Assembly (NCBI GenBank): GCA_963827275.1
Contig: CAWHAA010000006.1
Coordinates: 64,001 to 128,000 of the forward strand
Reading direction: 5' to 3'
Length of the DNA: 64,000 bases
Origin: an uncultured Spirochaetota bacterium
GTDB taxonomy: Bacteria; Spirochaetota; UBA4802; UBA5550
The position numbers and the translations under genes are program-made. Positions 46,162 to 55,158 of the stretch are shown one piece after another. The notes beneath the pieces are model-generated. The model was not told where the DNA came from and searched no databases. It saw only the letters and a list, made by a program, of their open reading frames with translations. Every line of letters starts with the position of its first letter. Position 1 is the first letter of the stretch.

Positions 46162-46821
46162 ATGTCAACAACTCCTGAAAATAAATATGACGCGTCCCTG
46201 AGGCGTATCCACCGGGAGATCGGGGGGCGGGTCGGCCTCCGGCTCAGTGAATTCAGGGAGATCTGGGAAACGGCGGATGACACGAAACTCTTCGTGGAGC
46301 TTGTATTCTGCCTCCTTACCCCGCAATCGGGGGCGCGGCGCTGCTGGCAGGCGGTCGAAAATCTGCTGCGCGGCGGCATTCTGTTCTACGGTGGGCCCGA
46401 TGAAATATGCCGCGAGCTGAACATCGTCCGCTTCAAGAACCACAAGACCTCCTACCTCCTGGAAGCGCGGGAGGCGTTGTACGGGCCGGGAAAATCCCTG
46501 CGGCGGACGCTGTGCGCGTGCGGGGATGCCGCGGGGATGCGGGAGTGGATATTCCGGAACGTGAAGGGACTCGGGTACAAGGAGGCGAGCCATTTCCTCA
46601 GGAATATCGGGCTCGGCGAGGGACTCGCGATACTCGACCGGCACGTGCTGCGGATCATGCATGAGCGGGGGCTGATCGGCGGCATTCCGGCGTCCATATC
46701 GCCGCACCGGTATTGTGAAATGGAGCGCATACTGGGCGATTACGCCCGCAGGATCAGAGTGCCGATGGGGCACCTGGATTTTGTCATGTGGTACAGGGCG
46801 ACAGGAGATATTTTCAAGTGA
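46162..46821 (+). CDS. ogg: 8-oxoguanine DNA glycosylase/AP lyase (Ogg2-type)
   Basis: ELVFCLLTPQ, KGLGYKEASHFLRNIG, AILDRH, C-terminal IFK. Confidence 0.9.
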   Translation: MSTTPENKYDASLRRIHREIGGRVGLRLSEFREIWETADDTKLFVELVFCLLTPQSGARRCWQAVENLLRGGILFYGGPDEICRELNIVRFKNHKTSYLLEAREALYGPGKSLRRTLCACGDAAGMREWIFRNVKGLGYKEASHFLRNIGLGEGLAILDRHVLRIMHERGLIGGIPASISPHRYCEMERILGDYARRIRVPMGHLDFVMWYRATGDIFK

Positions 46822-46848
46822 CGTGGCGGTCTTCCGGCGCGACCGGCA

Positions 46849-47328
46849 TCACATCAGCCTCAGCTTTTCCGACAGGTCAGCCAGTGTAATGACGTGGGCC
46901 CGTTCCTCGGATATGATCCTGTCGAGCAGGGCGGACGACTCCGTGCCGGCCGGATACAGCCCTTTCATGCCGTAATAGAACAGTATGGAGTCCTTTTCCG
47001 CTATCAGGGCCAGCCGCACCGCGTCTATCGGAAGCCGTAGCGTTTCCATGACGTGTTCCGGGTCCTTGCCCGGCGTCCCGAATACCCGTGAGCCGCCGAT
47101 GGCAGCGAGATAGGCATAGTATTCCTCGGTAAAGTTGCCCGGTGCGGCGTCATTGCCGTGGAACGACTGGAATAATTTTTTATGCGCCAGCTCTTCCTTC
47201 GCGAGGAACTCGAAGGCGTCACGCATGGCGGGCTCCTTGAATTTTTCTGCGCAGCGGGCGTAGAACTCGTTCCCTGTCTCCTCGATGCCGACGGCGATAT
47301 CGATGATCTCCTTCATGGTATACGACAT
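46849..47328 (-). CDS. Ferritin-like / rubrerythrin-domain protein
   Basis: E..G..FY, EE..H, EKDSILFY, EE..H. Confidence 0.88.
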   Translation of the reverse strand: MSYTMKEIIDIAVGIEETGNEFYARCAEKFKEPAMRDAFEFLAKEELAHKKLFQSFHGNDAAPGNFTEEYYAYLAAIGGSRVFGTPGKDPEHVMETLRLPIDAVRLALIAEKDSILFYYGMKGLYPAGTESSALLDRIISEERAHVITLADLSEKLRLM

Positions 47329-47383
47329 TGTAAATTTCCCCCTTGACGGATATACGGGCGCTGGTCATTGCCGGCCCGCGGGT

Positions 47384-48859
47384 CTATTGCTTCCAGTTGA
47401 TGAACGCCTCGACAAGGAGGCGTACGCCGAACCCGGTGGCCTCCTTGGGCCGGTAGCCGCGCTGCTTCGTGGCGCGCGCCGTGCTCGCGATGTCAAGGTG
47501 CGCCCATTTGCCGCCGCCGGCGAAGTTCTTCAGGAAGATGCCGCCCATGATGGTGCCGGCGTTGCGTTCCGATGACATGTTGCACAGGTCCGCGATGTCG
47601 GACTTCATGTTGTCCTCGTAGTCTTTGACGAACGGGAGGCGCCAGATCATTTCGCCGGTCGCCGCGCCGGCCTCCTCGAGGAGCTTCCCGAGCCCGTCAT
47701 CGGTGGCCAGATACCCCGCGACGGATTCGCCGAAGGTGGCGAGGCAGGCGCCGGTGAGCGTGGCGATGTCGACGATGACCGCCGGCTTGAGCTCCTTCAC
47801 GGTATAGGAGAGCGCGTCGGCAAGGATCAGGCGGCCCTCCGCGTCGGTGTTGCCGATTTCGACCGTGGTGCCGTTGTGGGCGGTGAACACGTCTCCCGGC
47901 CTGAACGATTCGTTTGATATCATGTTGTCGGTAATCGGAAGGACCGCGTACAGGTTGATGGGCAGCCTGAGCTCGGCGGCCGTCTTGAGCGCGTAGAGCG
48001 CCGCCGCGGCGCCAGCCATGTCGGTCCGCATGTCTTCAATGTGGCCTGACGGCTTGAGGTTCATGCCGCCCGAATCGAAGGTGATGCCCTTGCCGACAAC
48101 GGCGAAATGCTTCGCTCCGGGTTTGCCGCCCCGGTATTCAAGCACCACCAGCATGGGGGGCTTTGAGCTGCCCTTGTTCACGGCGAGGAGAAGCCCCATC
48201 TTCATTTTTTCGATCTCTTTTTTCCCATACACGGTGCATTTCACGCCGGGGATCCGCGCCAGCGCCTTTGCTTCCCGGGCCATGCCACGCGAGTCGCATT
48301 TTTCACTGATCTCGTTGATGAGGTCGCGGCAGAGGAGCGTGTTGCGGCATATGGTCGAGGTCTTTTTTATAATCGAAGCCGCGTTTTGCGCGGCGGTATA
48401 AAATATAGCCGATTCAATCAGGGACTTTCCGTTGCCATTTTTCTTCGTCTTGTACCGGTCAAAGCTGTAGTTCGAGAGGCAGAGCCCTTCGGCGAGCGAT
48501 TGGAGCACCAAGGCGTTCTCGATGCCCCGGACCTCCGGGACCACCACGTGGACTTTGGGTATGGATTTTTCCCTGCACAGGCTGACCGCGCCGGTGACGC
48601 AGCGCCGCAGTGACTCGGGGTCCGTGTCCGCGTGCTTGCCGGTACCGCACAGTATCACGGTCGGCTTGTCCGCAAACGGCGCGAATATCACTTCCGCCTG
48701 CTTGCCCTTGAAATAGGAAAGGTCGAGACGTTCGCCGATGTAGGAAAATCCCGCCGGAAGCGCGGAAGGCTTTTTCGACCCCTCCCGTTCCGGCGTAAAG
48801 AGGATCACCGTATCATCTTTCCTGAATGGCGCCCCGGGCTTTTTAGCTTCGATCTTCAT
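47384..48859 (-). CDS. pepA: Leucyl aminopeptidase (M17)
   Basis: VGKGITFDSGG, DMAG, NTDAEGRL, ATLTG. Confidence 0.96.
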   Translation of the reverse strand: MKIEAKKPGAPFRKDDTVILFTPEREGSKKPSALPAGFSYIGERLDLSYFKGKQAEVIFAPFADKPTVILCGTGKHADTDPESLRRCVTGAVSLCREKSIPKVHVVVPEVRGIENALVLQSLAEGLCLSNYSFDRYKTKKNGNGKSLIESAIFYTAAQNAASIIKKTSTICRNTLLCRDLINEISEKCDSRGMAREAKALARIPGVKCTVYGKKEIEKMKMGLLLAVNKGSSKPPMLVVLEYRGGKPGAKHFAVVGKGITFDSGGMNLKPSGHIEDMRTDMAGAAAALYALKTAAELRLPINLYAVLPITDNMISNESFRPGDVFTAHNGTTVEIGNTDAEGRLILADALSYTVKELKPAVIVDIATLTGACLATFGESVAGYLATDDGLGKLLEEAGAATGEMIWRLPFVKDYEDNMKSDIADLCNMSSERNAGTIMGGIFLKNFAGGGKWAHLDIASTARATKQRGYRPKEATGFGVRLLVEAFINWKQ

Positions 48860-48968
48860 CTGTCCACCTCGTATAAATAATGCATTTTTTATCAGGACAG
48901 GGATTTCATTCAAGAAATATTTTTATCAGTGATCATATACTTGAAATAGAATAAATTGAAAATAAGAG

Positions 48969-49148
48969 TGGGTCGGGTGCCATGCCGCGAGAAGGCGACA
49001 CGGAGGGCATGCCTTTTCGCGACATCCTGTCGCGGCATGCAGGCATCCTGCCATCTATCGCCGGTCTTGCCGAGTCAATCCCGATTCATTAAAAGAAAAG
49101 ATGAGATCGGGATTATACGAGGCGGACGAGCGGGATGGCCTCGACCCA
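48969..49148. repeat. About 180-bp highly structured intergenic element (REP/MITE-like or ncRNA)
   Basis: Terminal IR TGGGTCG/CGACCCA, internal stems, CAGGATG-loop palindromes. Confidence 0.55.
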
Positions 49149-49532
49149 TTATGATCGTGTCTTTTTGGCCGTCCTGCTGCGGATATAGCGGAAACTGAAA
49201 GCTTCCTTTGATTTCAAAATATGAAACGTGCCGGCGAAGATACCACCGATGACGTTAAGAACGATGACGGGGTCGCCCCACATCTCGATGCCGAAGGAGC
49301 CGGCATCGTAGACGCTGACCGTGCCGCTGTCGCACGGAACCGGCCGGTCCAGCGGGGTGCCGCTCTTTTCATCGGCCCTGACAAGCTCCGCCGATACCTC
49401 GGTGCCGTCCTTGAGGGCCATCATGTCGAATTGTGCGATGCGAAAGGCGACCAGGATGTCCCCGCGGTCAAGGATGATGTCATAGTACGCCGGCGGCTCC
49501 GGCTGGTGGTGTATGATGTACCGCCCCCCCAT
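49149..49532 (-). CDS. Hypothetical protein, degenerate LigD phosphoesterase-like domain
   Basis: RYIIHH...YYDIILD...GTV.VYDAGSF...G.F.I pattern. Confidence 0.55.
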   Translation of the reverse strand: MGGRYIIHHQPEPPAYYDIILDRGDILVAFRIAQFDMMALKDGTEVSAELVRADEKSGTPLDRPVPCDSGTVSVYDAGSFGIEMWGDPVIVLNVIGGIFAGTFHILKSKEAFSFRYIRSRTAKKTRS

Positions 49533-49534
49533 GG

Positions 49535-51625
49535 CTATACCGGCTCGAAATCTATGATCATCCTGTCGATCTCCACCACGGTCAGCCTGACCCTGACACG
49601 GTCGCCCATCCTGAACCTCCTGCCGTGGCGCCTGCCGATGACCGTGTGCTCGTCCTCCTTGACGAGGTAGAAGTCGTCGGTAAGGGCCCAGAGGGGCACC
49701 ATGCCGTCGATGGGCATCTCGGTCAGGGTGACGTAGAAGCCGTACTTGCTGACGCCGCTCACGACGCCGTTGAAGACCTCTCCCACGCGGTCCATCATCA
49801 GCCGGCAGGTCTTGAGCTTTCTGAAGTCGCGCTCCGCGCTCTGGGCGACCCGCTCCATTTCGGAGCTCCGGTCGCCGATGGTGATGATCTCCTCGGTAGA
49901 ATAGGGCTGCTTCGCGCGGTCGAGAATGCTTTTTAAGCAGCGGTGGACGATAAGGTCGGGGTACCGCCGGATAGGCGAGGTGAAGTGCGTATAGTCCTTG
50001 AATCCGAGGCCGAAATGCCCGTCAGGAAGCGCCCCGTAATAGGCCTGCATCATCGATTTCAGGATGACCAGGTTCACCACGTGCTCGATCTCCCTGCCCG
50101 CGACCTGGGCGAGCACCTTCTGGACGTTCGCGGCGGTGTTGCCGGTCGTCTTGAACTGGATGCCGAGCAGCTTCAGGAAATCCTTCAGCTCCGCGAGGGA
50201 TTCGGGGTCTATCTCCTCATGGTTGCGGTAGAGCGACGGGATGCCGCTTTCCCGGATGAAGCGCGACACGGTCACATTCGCGCAGAGCATGAATTCCTCC
50301 ACCAGCAGGTGGCTCTTGAGCCGCTCTATATACTGTATGTCGGTGACGACGTTGTTCTCGTAAATAAGCGACTGGTCGGTGAGGTTGAGCTCCAGGCTCC
50401 CCTGCTCGATGCGGCGCCGGTGCAGGAGCATGGCCAGTTCGTACATCATTTTCACCGACGTGCCAAGAGGGCCGGTATCGGCGCCGGCAAGGATGTCGTC
50501 AGTTCCGTTATAGGTGAGCCTCCGGTCGACGCGTATAGTGCCGCGCGATATGCGATGGCTCTTTACCGCCCCGTTGCGGTCGATGTCCATCTCCACCGAC
50601 ATCGTGAGCCGGTCAACGCCCTCCCGCAGCGAGCAGAGGTCGTTGGAAAGGGCCTCCGGGAGCATGGGGATAACGCTGTTGCCCAGGTAGTAGCTCGTGC
50701 CCCGCTTCAGCGCCTCGCGGTCGAGCTCGGAGTTCTTGCGCACGTAGGATGACACGTCCGCTATATGGACATAGACGGTGTAGCGGTCGCCTTTTTTTTC
50801 TATGGATATGGCGTCATCAAAGTCCTTGGCACTTTCGCTGTCGATGGTGACGGTGAAGAGCCCGGTGTAGTCCTTTCTCTTGCCCGCGTCGGGCGTGATG
50901 CCGCACGAGCCGGAAAGCTCGGGGTAGTCGCCGTGCGGGGAGGGGAGGGAGTGCTTGACGATGATCCTGTTGAGGTCCTGGGCTTCGTCGTCGGGGGGGA
51001 ACGTGGCGATGACCGCGCACCGCTGGCGTTTTTGATGCAACCCCTCTTCGAGACGGACAAAGGCCATGTCTCCCTTTTCCACATCGGCGGCGGTCCGCGG
51101 CGCGGACACCTCCATCCCGCCCGGCACGTCCAGGAGATTGTAGATGACCGCGTCGCGGGTCACGTGCACCGCCCTGGCGTAGTAATCGCTCTTTTCACGG
51201 CGGATGATCTTTTCGACCGCGCCGAAAATACTGCCTTCCCTGACATCGATGATTTTGACAGTGACCAGGTCGTTGTCATGCGCGCCGACCGTATCGTCCT
51301 TTTTAACCATTATTTCAAGGTCGACCGCTTTGAGCGCGGCATTGCCCGTTTTGTTGACGCGAATATTCCCCTCGACGGTCAGTGAGTGTACCCTTACGTA
51401 GTGGTCCCTTTTTTTCCGGGCCAGGCCGGTGGCAACGAGGGCGCCAAGGGTCTCGTCGATAACCGCTATGTCGCGTTCCTGGCCCGGGCCGCCCCCGCGT
51501 TTTCCCTTTCGTTTCCTGTTTTTTTCGCCGTGCGGACTTGTCAGCGCGTCGACGATGTCTTTTCTGGTAAAATCCGCGGCCCGTGCGTTGATGTATGCGA
51601 TGATTCTTTTAGAGGTGACGGCCAT
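49535..51625 (-). CDS. rnr: Ribonuclease R (RNB family)
   Basis: TID...KDFDDA, VHIADVS, HFTSPIRRYPDL; C-terminal S1 domain. Confidence 0.95.
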   Translation of the reverse strand: MAVTSKRIIAYINARAADFTRKDIVDALTSPHGEKNRKRKGKRGGGPGQERDIAVIDETLGALVATGLARKKRDHYVRVHSLTVEGNIRVNKTGNAALKAVDLEIMVKKDDTVGAHDNDLVTVKIIDVREGSIFGAVEKIIRREKSDYYARAVHVTRDAVIYNLLDVPGGMEVSAPRTAADVEKGDMAFVRLEEGLHQKRQRCAVIATFPPDDEAQDLNRIIVKHSLPSPHGDYPELSGSCGITPDAGKRKDYTGLFTVTIDSESAKDFDDAISIEKKGDRYTVYVHIADVSSYVRKNSELDREALKRGTSYYLGNSVIPMLPEALSNDLCSLREGVDRLTMSVEMDIDRNGAVKSHRISRGTIRVDRRLTYNGTDDILAGADTGPLGTSVKMMYELAMLLHRRRIEQGSLELNLTDQSLIYENNVVTDIQYIERLKSHLLVEEFMLCANVTVSRFIRESGIPSLYRNHEEIDPESLAELKDFLKLLGIQFKTTGNTAANVQKVLAQVAGREIEHVVNLVILKSMMQAYYGALPDGHFGLGFKDYTHFTSPIRRYPDLIVHRCLKSILDRAKQPYSTEEIITIGDRSSEMERVAQSAERDFRKLKTCRLMMDRVGEVFNGVVSGVSKYGFYVTLTEMPIDGMVPLWALTDDFYLVKEDEHTVIGRRHGRRFRMGDRVRVRLTVVEIDRMIIDFEPV

Positions 51626-51627
51626 AA

Positions 51628-51978
51628 TTACTGGGCGCCGCTGTCAGGTTTTTTTTCAGATTTCATATCCATCTTTGCTTTCGACTCTTCCTTCACTTTT
51701 TCTATCTCCGCTCTCTTTTCTTCAACCTTGCTCTTCAATGTCATTACCTTGTCATGGAGCTCCTTTACCCTGGGGTCAGTGAGCTCAAGCGACGGCGCGC
51801 CGCTTTCAATTTTCGATATGACGTACCTGCCGAGGTCTTTTTCCGCGACTCCCTGGTCTATCTGGAAACGCTTGATCTCGACATTCAGTTTTCCAAGCCT
51901 GGCGAACTCCTCGGTCTTGTTGACAAGGATCTCGCCGAACTTGATTATGGTTTCACCTGTATCTTTGAGTATGCCCAT
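51628..51978 (-). CDS. Hypothetical coiled-coil protein
   Basis: 116 aa, charged helical; AGGAGG RBS; 2 bp upstream of rnr. Confidence 0.75.
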   Translation of the reverse strand: MGILKDTGETIIKFGEILVNKTEEFARLGKLNVEIKRFQIDQGVAEKDLGRYVISKIESGAPSLELTDPRVKELHDKVMTLKSKVEEKRAEIEKVKEESKAKMDMKSEKKPDSGAQ

Positions 51979-52252
51979 GTTTATTTACCTCCTTATTCTA
52001 TGGTTGGCCGTTATATATACTTGCATTGGGAGGAGCGAAGCGAAAGCAGCCTGCTTGCTCTCCGATAGCGTATGGATATATCCCTCATATCTTTCATGCT
52101 TTTAGTCTGCGCCATCGATGTCACTGGTCACCACGCAGTGCTCGGGATGGCCGCGAATATGCAATAACAATCATGAACTCATGTAATTTCATAATAATAC
52201 ATACACTGTCAGGGAAAGTCAATCAAAATACGGGACTGGTTCGGGTTGATTG

Positions 52253-52292
52253 ATGTTCCCGGCACCCGCGCGTGACGGTGTGCCGGGAACAT
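52253..52292. terminator. Hairpin downstream of the FabK/NMO-like gene
   Basis: ATGTTCCCGGCAC...GTGCCGGGAACAT. Confidence 0.65.
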
Positions 52293-52309
52293 TTCACTGT
52301 TGAAGGGGA

Positions 52310-53344
52310 TTACATCTTTGATGTCAGGACCTTCTGGGCTTCCTTCGCTTCTTTGGCGATGCGCTCGATGATCTGTTTTACCGTCGGGGTATCATGGATG
52401 ATCCCGGTAATCTGGCCGATGGGGAGGACGCCCTTGACGTTGTCGCCGTCAATCGTCCCGACCTTGAACGCCTCGAAACCGATCGCCATGCGCGCCATCT
52501 GGAACGATTTCTTGAAGCCCATCAACAGTATTCCGATAAAGAGCTTGAGCCACGGGAATCCCAGGAGCTTGGCTATCTTCCGCGACATGAACAGCGCCGT
52601 GAAGGGGTTCATTTTTTTGTTCATAAGCCGCTCCGATCCTTTGGTCCTCATGAACCGGGCGGGGAGACCGTCGACCTTGTTGGTGTAGATCGTATTGTAG
52701 GGATCGCACTCGCTGCTCTTTGCTTTTTGTCCGGCATGGACCGGGCTTTCAACCGAGTTCATGAAGCGGGTGCCCATGGAGATGCCGTCCGCGCCGAGGA
52801 CGAGTGCGGCCGCCAGGCCGCGGCCGTCGGCGAAACCGCCGGCTGCTATGACGGGGATCTTCACCTCGTCGACAATGCTGGGGATCAGCACCATCGAGGT
52901 GACCGCCCCGCCGTGGCCGGCGGCTTCGTGGCCGGTCACTATGAGCGCGTCAGCGCCGTCTTTCTGCGCGGCGAGGGCGTGCTTCAGGGTGGTGACCGTC
53001 GCGATCACCTTGCCGCCGTAGGCATGCACCTCCCTGCAGATCCAGTCGCCTTTCCCGAGGGCGTAGTTGACCACAGGGACTTTCTCGTCGATGATGACCT
53101 TCGCGTTCTTGTCCGATCCCGGAAAATAGAGGGTGACGTTTGCCGCGAAAGGGTTCTTTGTCAGCTTTTTAGTGCGTTGAATATATTCGCGGGTCTCTTC
53201 CGCTTTCAGGATGCCCGTGGCCAGGATGCCCAGGCCGCCCGCGTTGGCGACCGCGGCGACCAGCTCGGGCGTGCTGATCCAGCTCATGCCCGACAGGACG
53301 ATGGGATACTTTATCCCGAACAGCTGTGTTATTTTTGTTTTCAT
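52310..53344 (-). CDS. Nitronate monooxygenase / FabK-like FMN oxidoreductase
   Basis: YPIVLSGM, AGGLG, EAAGH, IAAGGF.DGRG, MGTRF. Confidence 0.9.
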   Translation of the reverse strand: MKTKITQLFGIKYPIVLSGMSWISTPELVAAVANAGGLGILATGILKAEETREYIQRTKKLTKNPFAANVTLYFPGSDKNAKVIIDEKVPVVNYALGKGDWICREVHAYGGKVIATVTTLKHALAAQKDGADALIVTGHEAAGHGGAVTSMVLIPSIVDEVKIPVIAAGGFADGRGLAAALVLGADGISMGTRFMNSVESPVHAGQKAKSSECDPYNTIYTNKVDGLPARFMRTKGSERLMNKKMNPFTALFMSRKIAKLLGFPWLKLFIGILLMGFKKSFQMARMAIGFEAFKVGTIDGDNVKGVLPIGQITGIIHDTPTVKQIIERIAKEAKEAQKVLTSKM

Positions 53345-53398
53345 GAGTGACCTCGTAAGGGTAAAATAAAAATGCCGCAGAGGCGCGGAAACAGTGAA

Positions 53399-53414
53399 GT
53401 TATTCATGAATAAC
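53399..53414. promoter_or_regulatory. Perfect 16-bp palindrome overlapping the predicted -10 of the FabK-like gene
   Basis: GTTATTCATGAATAAC; TTGACA on the minus strand at 53430-53435. Confidence 0.55.
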
Positions 53415-53563
53415 GCGGTGCCGTTATTCTGTCAATCCACTATTTATTATGCGAATAATAAACAGCGGCATGCTTCCATGTTTCCGGTCATCTGCGGCAT
53501 TCCGTTGCTGCCGAGGAGAATGCTGCTGCCGGTTACTCTCCCCGGATGCTCCCGGGCTGACTC

Positions 53564-54718
53564 CTAGTATTCCTTCAGAACGCTGCTTGCTATGACAAGC
53601 CGCTGAATTTCAGACGTCCCCTCGTAAATTTCGGTGATGCGGGAGTCGCGGTAATGACGCTCGACCGGGTAGTCCTTCACGTATCCGTATCCGCCGAAGA
53701 TCTGTATGGCCTTGTGCGTCACGCGGTGCGACATTTCGGACGCGTACAGTTTGGCCATGGCCGCGTACTTGGAATAGCGCTGGCGGTCGCCGGTGCCGAT
53801 CAGGGTGGCTGCCTGGTATACGAGAAGGCGCGCCGCCTCGATTTCGGTCGCCATATCGGCGATCATCCACTGGATGGCCTGGAAGTCGGAGATGGACTTT
53901 CCGAACTGTTTCCGGTCCTTGGCGTACACGACCGCTGCGTCGAGGGCCGCCTGGGCGATACCCACCGCCTGCGCCGCGATGCCGACCCGCCCGCCGTCAA
54001 GGGTGTGCATCGCTATCTTGAAGCCCTCGCCGCGCTTGCCGACCATGTTGCCTTCGGGTATCGCGCAGTTGTCGAACACCAGCTCCGTCGTGGAGGAGGC
54101 GCATATCCCGAGCTTGTCCTCGGTCTTGCCAACGCTGAAGCCCGGGGTGCCTTTCTCGATCAGGAAGAAGCTCAGTCCCTTGTGCCCGATCCCCTTGTCG
54201 GTGACCGCGGTAACGACCGCGACCTGCGCCGGGCCGCCGTTGGTGATGAAGTTCTTTGATCCGTTAAGTATCCATGTGCCGTTTTTAAGCTCGGCCGTTG
54301 TCTTTGTGCCCGAGGCGTCAGAACCGGCTTCCGGCTCGGTGATGCCGAAGCAGCCGATATATTCGCCGGTGGTGAGCCTGGTGAGGTACTTTTGCTTCAG
54401 CTCCTCGGAGGCGAAATAATTTATGGGAGAGAGGCAGAGCGAATTGTGGGCGGAAACGATGACGCCCGCGGACGCGTCGCCCCGCGAGACCTCTTCGACC
54501 GCGATGGCATAGCTCACATAGTCCATGCCGGCCCCGTTGTATTTTTCCGGGTAGACGACGCCCATGATCCCCATCTCGCCGAGCTTCTTGACATGCTCCA
54601 TGGGAAATTCGTGCGTCCGGTCGTAGTGTTCCGCTTTCGGCTTCAATTCCTTCTCGGCAAATTGACGCAGCATATCCTTGAGCATCTGTTGCTCTTCGGT
54701 CAGTTTAAAATCCATCAT
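53564..54718 (-). CDS. Acyl-CoA dehydrogenase (butyryl-CoA dehydrogenase-like)
   Basis: TEPEAGSD, NGSKNFITN, R.QFGK.I..FQ, QIFGGYGY, IYEGTSEIQ. Confidence 0.95.
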   Translation of the reverse strand: MMDFKLTEEQQMLKDMLRQFAEKELKPKAEHYDRTHEFPMEHVKKLGEMGIMGVVYPEKYNGAGMDYVSYAIAVEEVSRGDASAGVIVSAHNSLCLSPINYFASEELKQKYLTRLTTGEYIGCFGITEPEAGSDASGTKTTAELKNGTWILNGSKNFITNGGPAQVAVVTAVTDKGIGHKGLSFFLIEKGTPGFSVGKTEDKLGICASSTTELVFDNCAIPEGNMVGKRGEGFKIAMHTLDGGRVGIAAQAVGIAQAALDAAVVYAKDRKQFGKSISDFQAIQWMIADMATEIEAARLLVYQAATLIGTGDRQRYSKYAAMAKLYASEMSHRVTHKAIQIFGGYGYVKDYPVERHYRDSRITEIYEGTSEIQRLVIASSVLKEY

Positions 54719-55158
54719 GCACCTCTCATTCTGATAATATGATAGTTCAATTCATCCCCCGCATACATTCATCCGCGGCCGATATGCCCCGTCCGGGCTT
54801 CCCACCGGCCTTCTGGTGTGATGCGAGCCGGGAAATAGCTCTCACTGTTGTTAATCCGGGCGCACCGCCCGCCGCAGCACTCTGGCGTGGGAATATGCGC
54901 ACCCACGTTTATACAGTAGGATTGAATTAACATTTTTTCAGGCATGGTTTTTTGTCAAGGCGAATAACGGGCGGGGGAAAGCGTGCCCGGATTTTATGGC
55001 CATATGCGAATTTTAATAAACAACCGTTAAAATTCTCTTGAAAATAAATATGCGGTTGATTCTAATCGTTTTATGCAGGAGAGCGGGGCCATGGCGCGAG
55101 GATGTGCCCGTCGCGGCGCGGCGCGCTCCGGCAGAGCGTCAATTGATGAAGAGGCGAT

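Noticed and set aside
48969..49148. 6S RNA assignment for the 180-nt structured element
   Set aside because: The size fits, but I could not find 6S-like central-bubble sequences or a convincing promoter; retained only as an unassigned structured element.
52029..52160. SRP RNA or riboswitch upstream of the rnr operon (GAAAGCAGCC within a hairpin)
   Set aside because: It lacks the SRP CAGG-stem-GNRA-stem-AGCAG arrangement; only a simple hairpin and degenerate REP-like words are visible.
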